A stretch of 62,938 nucleotides of DNA, filler included, from Octopus bimaculoides (GCF_001194135.2; 5 parts of 4 records of this genome joined end to end with filler, not necessarily neighbours in it), one strand, 5' to 3'. Shown: positions 1 to 12,569, counted from the first letter of the whole stretch. Numbers and translations: made by a program. Notes: generated by a model not told the origin, from the sequence alone.

Positions 1-226
1 TGTATATGTATATATATGTATGAGTGTTTGTGTCTGTGCTTGTCCCCCCAACATCGCTTGACAACCGATGCTGGTGTGTTTCCGTCCCCGTAACTTAGCG
101 GTTCGGCAAAAGGGTCCGATGGAATAAGTACTAGGCTTACAAAGAATAAGTCCTGGGGTTGATTTGCTCGAGTAAAGGCGGTGCTCCAGCATGGCCGCAG
201 TCAAATGACTGAAACAAGTAAAAGAG
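1..226 (+). mobile_element. SINE family A, 3' half
   Basis: Near-identical to the 3' halves of the copies at 19374-19804 and 24015-24412 (ccaacatcgcttgacaaccgatg...gactgaaacaagtaaaagag). Confidence 0.85.
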
Positions 227-652
227 TGTATATATGCATGTATGTATGTATGTATGTATGTATGTATATGTTCGAGTGTGTGTGTATGCGTGTGTTTTTC
301 GCTCGTGTGTGTGTGCGTGTGTGGTTTTGTATCTGTTTTCGTCTACTCTCCACATGCTATACGCATAAGTAACACACGTTATTTGTGTTTGTTTTCCAGT
401 TTTACACATATTTCTTTTTTTGTTGTTTTCACGCAAATCGTATTTACTGATCGAGTCATCTGCTCGCTTCGTTGTTATCGCTGCTGCTGCTGCTGCTGTT
501 GTTGTTGTTGTTGTTGTTATCATCGTCATCGTCATCATCATCATCGTTCTCATCATCATCATCATCATCATCGTCATCATCATCATCACCACCAACAACG
601 TCGTGCTGCAGTATTCGTCGTCATTGTTGAGATGATCTTTGCTATGGTAGTG

Positions 653-694
<42 letters not shown>

Positions 695-774
695 TGAGAG
701 AGAGAGACGGAGAAACAGAGAGACAAGGAAATAGATAAAGGAGAGAGAGAGAAAGACAAAGACAGAAAAAGACA

Positions 775-838
<64 letters not shown>

Positions 839-1897
839 NNNNNNNNNNNNNNNNNNNNNNNNNNNNNNNNNNNNNNNNNNNNNNNNNNNNNNNNNNNNNN
901 NNNNNNNNNNNNNNNNNNNNNNNNNNNNNNNNNNNNNNNNNNNNNNNNNNNNNNNNNNNNNNNNNNNNNNNNNNNNNNNNNNNNNNNNNNNNNNNNNNNN
1001 NNNNNNNNNNNNNNNNNNNNNNNNNNNNNNNNNNNNNNNNNNNNNNNNNNNNNNNNNNNNNNNNNNNNNNNNNNNNNNNNNNNNNNNNNNNNNNNNNNNN
1101 NNNNNNNNNNNNNNNNNNNNNNNNNNNNNNNNNNNNNNNNNNNNNNNNNNNNNNNNNNNNNNNNNNNNNNNNNNNNNNNNNNNNNNNNNNNNNNNNNNNN
1201 NNNNNNNNNNNNNNNNNNNNNNNNNNNNNNNNNNNNNNNNNNNNNNNNNNNNNNNNNNNNNNNNNNNNNNNNNNNNNNNNNNNNNNNNNNNNNNNNNNNN
1301 NNNNNNNNNNNNNNNNNNNNNNNNNNNNNNNNNNNNNNNNNNNNNNNNNNNNNNNNNNNNNNNNNNNNNNNNNNNNNNNNNNNNNNNNNNNNNNNNNNNN
1401 NNNNNNNNNNNNNNNNNNNNNNNNNNNNNNNNNNNNNNNNNNNNNNNNNNNNNNNNNNNNNNNNNNNNNNNNNNNNNNNNNNNNNNNNNNNNNNNNNNNN
1501 NNNNNNNNNNNNNNNNNNNNNNNNNNNNNNNNNNNNNNNNNNNNNNNNNNNNNNNNNNNNNNNNNNNNNNNNNNNNNNNNNNNNNNNNNNNNNNNNNNNN
1601 NNNNNNNNNNNNNNNNNNNNNNNNNNNNNNNNNNNNNNNNNNNNNNNNNNNNTCTCTCTCTTTCTAATCCCTTCTCCCCTTTATTCTTTCTGTCTATCTG
1701 ATTCAATCACTTCTCCAAGTCGTTTCCGCTGGATTCCTATACCGCCCTTGGATTTACCAACAATCGCTTTGTTTTCAAACTAAACCCCAGGTACGTAACA
1801 AGTGAATCGCTAATATTTCATATTGCTTGAACGCATCTACATACATACATACATACATACATACATACATTTATGCATGTACGTATGAATGCATATA

Positions 1898-1932
<35 letters not shown>

Positions 1933-2223
1933 ATTTTTCAGCCTGTGTGGCGGTGGTAAATAGTAAGGCATGAAATAAAAAACACATCTTAAATTCGTGG
2001 AATCGTTATGTATATATATGTATATATATTATATGTATATCAAGGTCTATATTCTTTGTGAGTGTTCATCAACTAGCAACAATTTGTTGGAGGTGGGTTA
2101 ACTATGATCAATGACTATTTCAAATAGCAATAAACGAATTATATCGATACAAACAATACACACAAACAATAAACACACACACACATTTATATATACGTAT
2201 ACACACACATACATACATACATA

Positions 2224-2310
<87 letters not shown>

Positions 2311-2358
2311 ACAGTTACGTATGTATGTATGCTTGTATGAATCTATCTACTTTATCCG

Positions 2359-2399
<41 letters not shown>

Positions 2400-2477
2400 T
2401 TGTATATTTGCATAAATGTACACATGTAAAGGGGGGCATTATATATACATATATACATATATATGAGTGTGCGTGAG

Positions 2478-2509
<32 letters not shown>

Positions 2510-2804
2510 CACACACGCATACTCACGTAGGCATGTACGCACATACGTATATCCATCCATCCATCCATCCATCCATCCATCCATCCATATCTACATACAT
2601 ATGTATTTTTTTGTTTGCATCAATTATATTTCACAGAAATACTACTATGCAGCGCACACTCACACACGCGCACATACACGCACGCTCGCATGCACACACA
2701 CACACACACACACACACGCGCGCACACGCACATGCGCGCACACACACATACACACACATTGGCACAGACGCAAACTCTCTCCGGAAGTATATATATATGT
2801 ATAT

Positions 2805-2843
<39 letters not shown>

Positions 2844-3376
2844 AGCACATGATCGTGTCACTATNNNNNNNNNNNNNNNNNNNNNNNNNNNNNNNNNNNN
2901 NNNNNNNNNNNNNNNNNNNNNNNNNNNNNNNNNNNNNNNNNNNNNNNNNNNNNNNNNNNNNNNNNNNNNNNNNNNNNNNNNNNNNNNNNNNNNNNNNNNN
3001 NNNNNNNNNNNNNNNNNNNNNNNNNNNNNNNNNNNNNNNNNNNNNNNNNNNNNNNNNNNNNNNNNNNNNNNNNNNNNNNNNNNNNNNNNNNNNNNNNNNN
3101 NNNNNNNNNNNNNNNNNNNNNNNNNNNNNNNNNNNNNNNNNNNNNNNNNNNNNNNNNNNNNNNNNNNNNNNNNNNNNNNNNNNNNNNNNNNNNNNNNNNN
3201 NNNNNNNNNNNNNNNNNNNNNNNNNNNNNNNNNNNNNNNNNNNNNNNNNNNNNNNNNNNNNNNNNNNNNNNNNNNNNNNNNNNNNNNNNNNNNNNNNNNN
3301 NNNNNNNNNNNNNNNNNNNNNNNNNNNNNNNNNNNNNNNNNNNNNNNNNNNNNNNNNNNNNNNNNNNNNNNNNNNN

Positions 3377-3437
<61 letters not shown>

Positions 3438-3742
3438 TACACACACATCTGTAAATATTGTGTCCTCGCCCCTCCTTCTTGTAATGCTGTGGATTTTAGC
3501 GGCTTAAGTCGCTTGCATGAATGTACAAGCTCTCTACACACAGATTTTACACACGAAACAAGTAGACCTCGCATTCTATGCAGCTGTCTGCTGATCGTGT
3601 TTGTAAACACATACCGGGGTATCCACCCATAGGTACCGAAGCGTGTGTGTACATTTGTGTTGTTGTTGTTGCGGCACAGATCTGCTCCTAATTAGCAGGT
3701 GTGATTATCGCGTCTTGTTGCGTATCTGGGATTATAGATTTG

Positions 3743-3790
<48 letters not shown>

Positions 3791-3873
3791 CGGTGCCAAT
3801 GTGTGTGTGTGTTGTGTTGGCTCTGATTAGAAGCGCTGCAATAAAATGCAAGCCATCCATGACTATCTCGTCT

Positions 3874-3943
<70 letters not shown>

Positions 3944-4694
3944 CTACGCGCACGCACACGCACACGCACACACGCGCACATATATACACACATTCACATA
4001 TGCATATATCAGAGCCAACATTGTCCAATGTATCCTGTTTTTTTTCGAGGCATTGGTTTGTGATGTGAGGGAGATTCAGGTTGCTATTTCTAGGCCGAAC
4101 GCGTTGAAACTACTTAGTTGCCGTCAGGATATAGAATGTGTATGTGTGTGTGTGTGTGTGTGTGTGGGGGGGGTTTGAATGCGCGCATGTATGCACTCGT
4201 TCTTTGTATACCATGTTCTCTCAACACACTCGCACATGCCTACAATTATGCACACACACATACACATTCATGTATGCATGTGTATGTGTATATATACGTA
4301 TGATNNNNNNNNNNNNNNNNNNNNNNNNNNNNNNNNNNNNNNNNNNNNNNNNNNNNNNNNNNNNNNNNNNNNNNNNNNNNNNNNNNNNNNNNNNNNNNNN
4401 NNNNNNNNNNNNNNNNNNNNNNNNNNNNNNNNNNNNNNNNNNNNNNNNNNNNNNNNNNNNNNNNNNNNNNNNNNNNNNNNNNNNNNNNNNNNNNNNNNNN
4501 NNNNNNNNNNNNNNNNNNNNNNNNNNNNNNNNNNNNNNNNNNNNNNNNNNNNNNNNNNNNNNNNNNNNNNNNNNNNNNNNNNNNNNNNNNNNNNNNNNNN
4601 NNNNNNNNNNNNNNNNNNNNNNNNNNNNNNNNNNNNNNNNNNNNNNNNNNNNNNNNNNNNNNNNNNNNNNNNNNNNNNNNNNNNNNNNNNNNNN

Positions 4695-4738
<44 letters not shown>

Positions 4739-5257
4739 TGTGCATGTATATATAGCCACACATACACCTCTGAGTAGAAAATTCTGTTTTGGATGCGTTT
4801 CCGTATGTGTGCGTGTTGTTTTAAAAATGTACGTATGTGCACTCCTTTATTTATACACACCAGCACAAATGTATAAGTACATATACACATATACAGATAT
4901 ATACGTAGACATACACGTACGCACGATCCAGCTAAAAGCCTGTTAGAAAGAGCAGCGAAATCCTGCTAAAAAGATTATAAACAACAACAAATAAATAGAG
5001 AAAGAAAGCGATAAACAACTGGAAAGTACATAATGGATAATGTTGTCCTAGATATATTGCCTGATGGTCACCGCAGGAACGCCTTTGATCTTAAGTCTGC
5101 CCATCCATGGTTCCCCCGGTGTATATAACAGCAGCAGCAGCAGTAACATACATGACAATGAAATATGATAAACTCTTTGATTTGTATATCTCCAGTGAAT
5201 GGTAATAACATCTCTTACAACAAAGTCTTGTTGTTGTTGCTTGTTCCACAGACGTTC

Positions 5258-5668
5258 GGATATGGCTGAATGGTTAAGAAGCTTGCTCTGCATCCACAGG
5301 AATTCGGTTTCAATTCCATTGCGCGGCAACTTGAGCAAGTGTCTTTTTCTTTTTTTGCTATAGTTCCGGACCGAGCAATGCCCTGTGAGTGAATTAGATT
5401 GATAGAAACTGCGTGGAAGCCCGTCGTACATACAGACGTACACACACACGTATATACATGCGTGTGTGTATTTGTGCCTGTGTTTCCCAACCTTACCAAA
5501 CACATAACAACCAGTGTTGGTTTGTTTACGTTCCCGTAATGTAGTGGTTCGGCTAAAGAGACCAAAAGACTAAGTACTAGTCTTAAAAAAGAAGTCCGGG
5601 GATCGATTTGTTCGATTTAACCCTTTAAGGTGGTGCCCCAGCATGACCGTAGTCCACTGGCTCAAAAA
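5258..5668 (+). mobile_element. SINE family A, diverged full-length copy
   Basis: tRNA-like head, ttgagcaagtgtc core, internal CA/TA tract and a degenerate 3' tail. Confidence 0.7.
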
Positions 5669-5726
5669 GAAACACAATGGTTACATTTAGGTCGCTGCCG
5701 AACAAGTCGTTCCTTTTCTTTCGCAG

Positions 5727-5880
5727 TTGTGTGGGGTAAGAAGTTGGCTTCTCAACCACAAGGTTCCGAGTTCAAGTCCCACTTCTAACACCTTGGGAAA
5801 GTGTCTTCTACTATTGTCTTTGGCCGACCAAAGCTTTGTGAGTAGACTTGGGTTGACAGAATCTAGGAAAGTGAGTTGTA
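5727..5880 (+). mobile_element. SINE family A, 5' half running into (TATG)n
   Basis: Head ggtaagaagttggcttctcaaccacaaggttcc followed by ccttgggaaagtgtcttctacta. Confidence 0.7.
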
Positions 5881-6017
5881 TGTATGTACGTATGTATGTA
5901 TGTATGTATGTATGTATGTATGTATGTATGTATGTATGTATGTATGTATGTACGCACGCATGTATGCATGTATATGTTTGTGTGTGCGTGTGTGTGAGTG
6001 TGTATGAATGTACGTGT

Positions 6018-6200
6018 GTAAGCACATAAATGTGAAACAAAGAGGGGAGAAATAGTACTCGAATACCGGAGGTAGAGTAATACGATTTATTACTAAAGCT
6101 GCAAATTGAGAATTCTCAACCAAAACTGTCCGACGAACGGGAACGTGAAACTCTGAGTAACAGTTTTTGGGATATCTTTGCAGCTTTATTAATAATATAT
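6018..6200. mobile_element. Penelope-like pseudo-LTR repeat (family H1) in inverted arrangement
   Basis: Left arm gtaagcacataaatgtg...gtagagtaata is shared with 11576 and 22201. The right arm is the opposite orientation and starts with a hammerhead motif. Confidence 0.6.
6121..6169 (+). ncRNA. Minimal type I hammerhead ribozyme motif (U4C core variant)
   Basis: CAAAACTGT-CCGACGA-ACG/GGAA/CGT-GAA-ACTC/T/GAGT-A-ACAGTTTTTG. Helices I, II and III all pair, and the GUA triplet ends at 6159. Confidence 0.7.
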
Positions 6201-6432
6201 NNNNNNNNNNNNNNNNNNNNNNNNNNNNNNNNNNNNNNNNNNNNNNNNNNNNNNNNNNNNNNNNNNNNNNNNNNNNNNNNNNNNNNNNNNNNNNNNNNNN
6301 NNNNNNNNNNNNNNNNNNNNNNNNNNNNNNNNNNNNNNNNNNNNNNNNNNNNNNNNNNNNNNNNNNNNNNNNNNNNNNNNNNNNNNNNNNNNNNNNNNNN
6401 NNNNNNNNNNNNNNNNNNNNNNNNNNNNNNNN

Positions 6433-6487
<55 letters not shown>

Positions 6488-7346
6488 CTTTGTACCTGTC
6501 TGCCCCCCACTAGCATTTGACAAGCGGTGTTGGTGTGTTTAAGTCTCTTAACTTAGCAGTTCGTCAAACAAGATGGTTGTTCTACCGAAGCAAATAAAGG
6601 GTTAAAAGAGGGGAAAAAAATGTAAAGAAAAAAGAAGCTAAAAGGCGTTTGTTATTAAGATGTTTTGACTGGTATTTCTAGCATGTCTGTCTTCCGAGTA
6701 GCGGCTCCCTTCTGGCTGGTTGTTTACTACGTGTAGAATGTTACTATAGTAAAGTGTTCATAGTACTATGGTTCATAGTGGCATAACAGAGACAATAGTA
6801 CTATAATAGATAAGCAATAGTAATAAGCTTCACCGTATTAATTGCAATTACGATAGTATTTTAACTATTGATTTCTGTTGAAGTAAAACACAGTTGAATT
6901 TTCTAATTAAAAAAAGCCAACACAGTGTGATTAATTGATCCTCCACCCCATCGCAGAACCCCACCCCAACGTAGAACCACACCCTCTTCCTGTTGATTCA
7001 GTATTACTATTTACTTCCTTCGTTCATTGCACGGAAACGTAAAAAGGTATTTTCCTCCACAGGTTTAAGTCACTGGACTGCAGCCCCGCTGGGGCAACAC
7101 CTTGAAGCCAGTTCAGTCGAACGAATCAAGTCCGGTACTTAATTACTATTAGTTTTATATATANNNNNNNNNNNNNNNNNNNNNNNNNNNNNNNNNNNNN
7201 NNNNNNNNNNNNNNNNNNNNNNNNNNNNNNNNNNNNNNNNNNNNNNNNNNNNNNNNNNNNNNNNNNNNNNNNNNNNNNNNNNNNNNNNNNNNNNNNNNNN
7301 NNNNNNNNNNNNNNNNNNNNNNNNNNNNNNNNNNNNNNNNNNNNNN

Positions 7347-7385
<39 letters not shown>

Positions 7386-7388
<3 letters not shown>

Positions 7389-7799
7389 TCTTTTACTTGT
7401 TTCAGTCATTCGACTGCGGCCATGCTGGAGCACCGCCTTCAAGTCGAAAAAATGACCCCAGGACTTATTTTTAGTAAGCCTAGTACTTACTCTATCGGTC
7501 ACTTTTGCGGAACCGCTAAGTTACGAGGACGTAAACACACCAACATCGGTAGTCAAGTGATGGTGGGGGAACAAACACAGATGTACGCTCACACACACAC
7601 ATACATACATGTATATATATATATGTATATATACATATATACGACAGGCTTCTTTCAGCTTCTGTCTACCAAATCCACTCACAAGGCTTTGGTCGGCCCG
7701 AGGCTATAGTAGAAGACACTTGCCCAAGGTGCCACGCAGTGGGACTGAACCCAGAACCATGTGGTTGGGAAGCAAGCTTCTTACCAGCCACGCCTGCGC
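7386..7799 (-). mobile_element. SINE family A, full-length
   Basis: Reverse complement of 19374-19804, including the internal CA/TA microsatellite. Confidence 0.88.
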
Positions 7800-7889
7800 T
7801 ATGTAAATTATGTATATATATTTAAAGCGGTGCTCCAGTATGGCCCCAGTCGAATGACTGAAATAAATAAAAGGGTATATATGTGTGTG

Positions 7890-8205
7890 TGGCTTTGTTT
7901 GTCCCGACCACCGCTTGAAAGCCGGTGTTAGTTTCTTTACGACTCCGAGGCTACAGTAGTAGACACCTGCCCAACGTGCCACCAGTGGGACTGAACTCGA
8001 AACCATGTGGCTGGGAAGCAGGGTGTATGTATGTATGTATGTATCTATAGGCTTTTTTCAGTTTCCGTCTTCCGAATGCATTCATATGACCGCTCGGTTT
8101 GGAGCTGTAGCAAAAGACACTTGCCCAAGCAGCCGTGCGGGAGGACTGAACCTGAAACCATGTGGTTGTGAAGCGTGTGTCTTAACCACACAGCCATGCC
8201 TGCGC
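7890..8205 (-). mobile_element. SINE family A fragments
   Basis: Two partial heads (gactgaac..gaaaccatgtgg, aagacacttgcccaag) in tandem. Confidence 0.6.
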
Positions 8206-8284
8206 CTTGTGCTCACATCCCTCTGCTATTATATTTTCATTCATGTCTGGTGGGATGTATTTTAAGAATAAATATATAACAAAA

Positions 8285-8666
8285 TGTGGAGGCGCAATGG
8301 CCCAGTGCTTAGGGCAGCGGACTCGCGGTTGTAGGATCGCGGTTTCGATTCCTAGACTGGGCGTTGTGAGTGTTTACTGAGCAAAAACACCTAAGCTCCA
8401 TGAGGCTCCGGCAGGAAGTGGTGGCAAACCCTGCTGTACTCTTCCACCACAACTTTCTCTCACTCTTTCTTCTTGTTTTTCTTGTACCTGTATTTCAAAG
8501 GGTCAGCCTTGTCACACTCTGTGTCATGCTGAATCTCCCCAAGAACTATGTTAAGGGTACACATGTCTGTGGAGTGCTCAGCCACTTGCACGTTAATTTC
8601 ACGAACAGGCTGTTCCGTTAATCGGATCAACTGGAACCCTCGTCGTCGTAACCGACGGAGTGCCAA
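8285..8666 (+). mobile_element. SINE family B (tRNA-Arg-like head; resembles octopus OR-type SINEs), full-length
   Basis: A box (tggcccagtgc/gttagg) and B box (ggtttcgattcc). Body shared with 12570-12848 and 20630-20940, ending accgacggagtgcca. Confidence 0.8.
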
Positions 8667-8962
8667 CCATACCATATCTAACAAAATATATCAATTCAGA
8701 TACTTGAAACCGTTCTTTTTTGTGATCGACCCCCGGGAGTTTGTAAGATCGAGACGTGTTCGATATGATTTGAACTCAGTGCATAAATAAGGGGTAACTG
8801 AACAGACAGCGCAAAGTATTTTTCCTGATGCTGTACCGATTTTAATCCTCCTTGAATTAGGAGCTGAATTTCGATAAATAGTAGGAAGCGGAAAGTGAAT
8901 CTAATTCCATGTTTAATACTTTTTGTTCAAACAATTATCCTATTATGGTTGTCGTTGTTGAT

Positions 8963-9221
8963 TTCTTCTTCTTCTTCTTCTTCTTCTTCTTCTTCTTCTT
9001 CTTCTTCTTCTTCTTCTTCTTCTTCTTCTTCTTCTTCTTCTTCTTCTTCTTCTTCTTCTTCTTCTTCTTCTTCTTTCCTTCTCCTCCTCCTCCCCCTCTT
9101 CTTCTTCTTCTTCTTCTTCTTCTTCTTCTTCTTCTTCTTCTTCTTCTTCTTTTTTTTCTTTCTCCTCCTCCTCCCCCTCTTCTTCTTTTTCCCTATATCG
9201 TCACCCTTCTTGTCGTCGTCG

Positions 9222-9259
<38 letters not shown>

Positions 9260-9325
9260 CTTCTTCTTCTTCTTCTTCTTCTTCTTCTTCTTCTTCTTCT
9301 TCTTCTTCTTCTTCTTCTTCTTCTT
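8963..9325. repeat. Compound (CTT)n/(CTC)n/(GTT)n microsatellite
   Basis: Direct inspection. Confidence 0.97.
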
Positions 9326-9716
9326 TCGGTGTCTAGGTATTTAGTTCTAGGCCAAGCCTAGTCTAGCTAACCTATAGCACGCTCCATCCGTGATCATCAC
9401 TCCATCATATTTTCAAACATAATATATTTAGCCCCCAGTTCCCGGATTTACAACCAAGCCGATGAAACGCGTGTTTATAGTACAAAAAGAACGCAAAGTG
9501 TGGTGGTGGTAGTTGTAGTGGTGGTGGTAGGAGGTAGAGAATTTGATTGTAGGTTCTCTTGCCGATGAATATTCACTTGTTCGACCAAATGAACTCGTAA
9601 AAGAAAGAAAAAAAAAAAGCAGAAAAAAAAGTTCAAGCGGCAGAGTACTCCACAAACCCGTCTGTCCTTAACGCAATTGTCACTCATAATAAGCGTGACA
9701 TAACAAAAGAAGGAGC

Positions 9717-9966
9717 TATTATTATTCTTTTTACCTCAGGTTTTGTAACTCCTGGTGTCTTGCATACATAGCAGGGACTGTAGCCTGCAGCCTACGGTGC
9801 CATGCTATTCGCTCTTCTCAGCTGTCTAATACTTTCCTGATTATTCTGGTCGTGCCAACAAGACAAACCTCTTGTAACTGTTCTACAATGCACTCTATTC
9901 CGATTTCCTTTATATTCCTCTTGACGCCTTCCGATACTGTCCCTAAGGACCCAACAACAATTGGTA
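9717..9966 (-). mobile_element. R4/Dong-like non-LTR retrotransposon 3' end (REL endonuclease C-terminus and 3' UTR)
   Basis: VPIVVGSLGTVSEGVKRNIKEIGIECIVEQLQEVCLVGTTRIIRKVLDS* matches the R4-clade terminus V.PVVIGALG...LQK..LLGT.RILRKVL. Bordered by (TAA)n. Confidence 0.75.
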
Positions 9967-10030
<64 letters not shown>

Positions 10031-10032
10031 TG

Positions 10033-10245
10033 GGCGGCGAGCTGGCTGAATCGTAAACCGCTGGGCAAAATGCTTAACGGTATATCGCCCGTCTTCTCGT
10101 TTTAAGGTCAAATCCCGCCGAGGTTGACGTTGACTTTCATTCTCTCTGGGTCGATAAAATAAGTTCCAGTTGAACATTGGGGTTCATGTAATCGACTAAC
10201 CCCTTTCCCTTAAAATTTCTGGCCTTGTGCTTATAGTAGAAAATA
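10033..10245 (+). mobile_element. SINE family C (central domain resembles the MetaSINE domain)
   Basis: ggcggcgagctggc head, gaggttgac..ctttcattc..ggggtcgataaaataagt core and (AAT)n tail. Shared with 33201, 40925 and 42145. Confidence 0.8.
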
Positions 10246-11575
10246 ATAATAATAATAATAATAATATGTATGTATGTATGGAAATAAAAAAATTAGCAAA
10301 GTTATATTTAAAATACTTGCTTGGTTAGTCTAGGAAGAAAAGTGCTATTTCTCTTTAAACACTTTGCTTCGTTCTTCGTCTTTATTACTTTTCTTATTTT
10401 ACTATCCTTTAAAATCTTTACTTACACGTCCTGTGACCTCTTCAGCGAATCTCCATCCCATGTATCTCTCCTTCTGTTCTGTTTAGTCCGTTCTATGGAG
10501 TGGACTTTGTTTTGTTATTTTCGTTTTCACTTGCTTGTGACTGGCAGAAGGGGAGGTGCGCATGATCTTTGCAGCCCACCCACCTCCAGGTTTGGTGAGA
10601 TAGATGGTCGCTAATGTTCCATTTAAACAATGACAGGTTAACGCTTGCAAAAAAGACATGAGCAGGATCGAAATTTCAGAGGGATGATGATGTGGGTGGG
10701 GGGAAAGGACTAGCCGTTTTGATTAGTGTGGAGCCTGCGGTGGGTGTGATTGGACAGAACAAGGGTGAAAAGAGATGGAGGAAAGTGGGTCGGGATTGTC
10801 CGAGGAACAGAGTCCATTTCAGTACAGACAGAAAAGACAGAGAGGTGTCCAGAGACTACAAAGTGTCTGTGAATGACTGAATGTTAGACAATGGTTGTGT
10901 GGTTATGAAGGTTGCTTTCCAACCATGTGGTTTCAGATTCAATCCCACTCCGCAGCACCTTGAACAGGTGGCTTCTATTCTAACTCCGGGCCGACAAATA
11001 TACACAACACGTTTCTTTCAATTTCTTTCAATTTCGACTTACAAGGATTTGGTAAGCCAAGGTCATAATAGAATATACATACCGAAGGTACCGCTCAGTG
11101 GGACTGAACCCAAGACCAAATGGATCAGAAACAAGCTTCTTAACCACACAACCATCAATGCGCCAACATCGGAGGTTTTTCTGCAGCAGCCTGTACAGTA
11201 CCGTACTGCACTTTATAGAAACGACTGCATAGTATAGTTTCCATGATACTGTGCTTCCATAAATTCGTTTATACAATGACACAAAATCTTACTATGTGTG
11301 GAGGAGGGTATCCATATAAAGATATCGATACTATATTTTACTATATGTGCGTGAATATAGTACTATAGTACTATGGTTCTTCATTAATGTCTTTAAAATA
11401 GTATCAGAGTACCTTCTTTTCACACAAGTACAATCTCTCTCTCACTCCCCCCTCTTTATCTGTATCTATATCTACACACACACAACACACACACACTTAT
11501 ATGTTGTTAATGAACAAGAATAGTATTGACAGTAAGTTCGAAGTTTCAACCTATCATCGGGACATTAATATATAT

Positions 11576-11776
11576 ACCGGAGTAAGCACATGAAATGTGC
11601 AACAAGGTGGAAAAAAGAGTACTCAAATACCAGAGGTAGAGTAATATGCTTTATTTAAAAGCAGCAGAAATATAACAAAAAAACCGTTACTCTGAGTTTC
11701 ACGTTCCCGAACAAAACTGTCCGATGAACGGGAACGTGAAACTCAGAGTAACGGTTTTTTTGTTATATTTCTGCTG
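11576..11776. mobile_element. Penelope-like pseudo-LTR (family H1) with inverted 5'-truncated copy
   Basis: 11663-11709 is the reverse complement of 11729-11776. The element has AATAAA on the minus strand at about 11650. Confidence 0.65.
11711..11763 (+). ncRNA. Minimal type I hammerhead ribozyme motif (U4C core variant)
   Basis: ACAAAACTGT-CCGATGA-ACG/GGAA/CGT-GAA-ACTC/A/GAGT-A-ACGGTTTTTTTGT. The A-to-G change in helix I keeps pairing as G.U. Confidence 0.7.
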
Positions 11777-12299
11777 NNNNNNNNNNNNNNNNNNNNNNNN
11801 NNNNNNNNNNNNNNNNNNNNNNNNNNNNNNNNNNNNNNNNNNNNNNNNNNNNNNNNNNNNNNNNNNNNNNNNNNNNNNNNNNNNNNNNNNNNNNNNNNNN
11901 NNNNNNNNNNNNNNNNNNNNNNNNNNNNNNNNNNNNNNNNNNNNNNNNNNNNNNNNNNNNNNNNNNNNNNNNNNNNNNNNNNNNNNNNNNNNNNNNNNNN
12001 NNNNNNNNNNNNNNNNNNNNNNNNNNNNNNNNNNNNNNNNNNNNNNNNNNNNNNNNNNNNNNNNNNNNNNNTATGTATGTACATATATATATGTATATGT
12101 ATGTATATATATGTATATGTATGTATATATATATATGTATATATATATGTATATGTATGTATATATATGTATATGTATGTATATATATATATATATGTAT
12201 ATATATATGTATATGTATGTATATATATGTACATGTATGTATATATATATATATATATATGTATGTATATGTATGTATGTATATATATGTATATATAAG

Positions 12300-12360
<61 letters not shown>

Positions 12361-12431
12361 TAATGTCCGATGGGTTGCTCTATATGTTTGTAAAGCGCAA
12401 ATTTATTATTCTTATACAAGACTATTATTAA

Positions 12432-12474
12432 CAGTGACTTCGAAGTTCCGGCCAACTACGCCTTCGTCGGACTG
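12432..12474 (-). ncRNA. Minimal type I hammerhead-like motif, family H2 (probably inactive, A13G)
   Basis: Minus strand reads CAGT-CCGACGA-A-GGC/GTAGTTG/GCC-GGA-ACTT/CG/AAGT-C-ACTG with a GUC triplet. Confidence 0.55.
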
Positions 12475-12569
12475 CAGTTTGGAAGGGTTTTATATATTCA
12501 TATATATTCATTTAATAAAAGTTTGACGCAGCTCCATGCAACTTAAAGTTTCGTCGTCTCGCAGAACGA

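Noticed and set aside
8285-8360. tRNA-Arg gene
   Set aside because: The tRNA-like head continues into a multi-copy SINE body, so it is not a standalone tRNA.
9455-9485. CCGATGA-AAC/GCGT/GTT hairpin resembling a hammerhead 5' half
   Set aside because: No GAAA or helix III follows.
12538-12565. Minus-strand GAAACTTTAAGTT resembling H2 helix III
   Set aside because: The upstream core (CTGCGAG) and helix II do not fit. Too weak to count.
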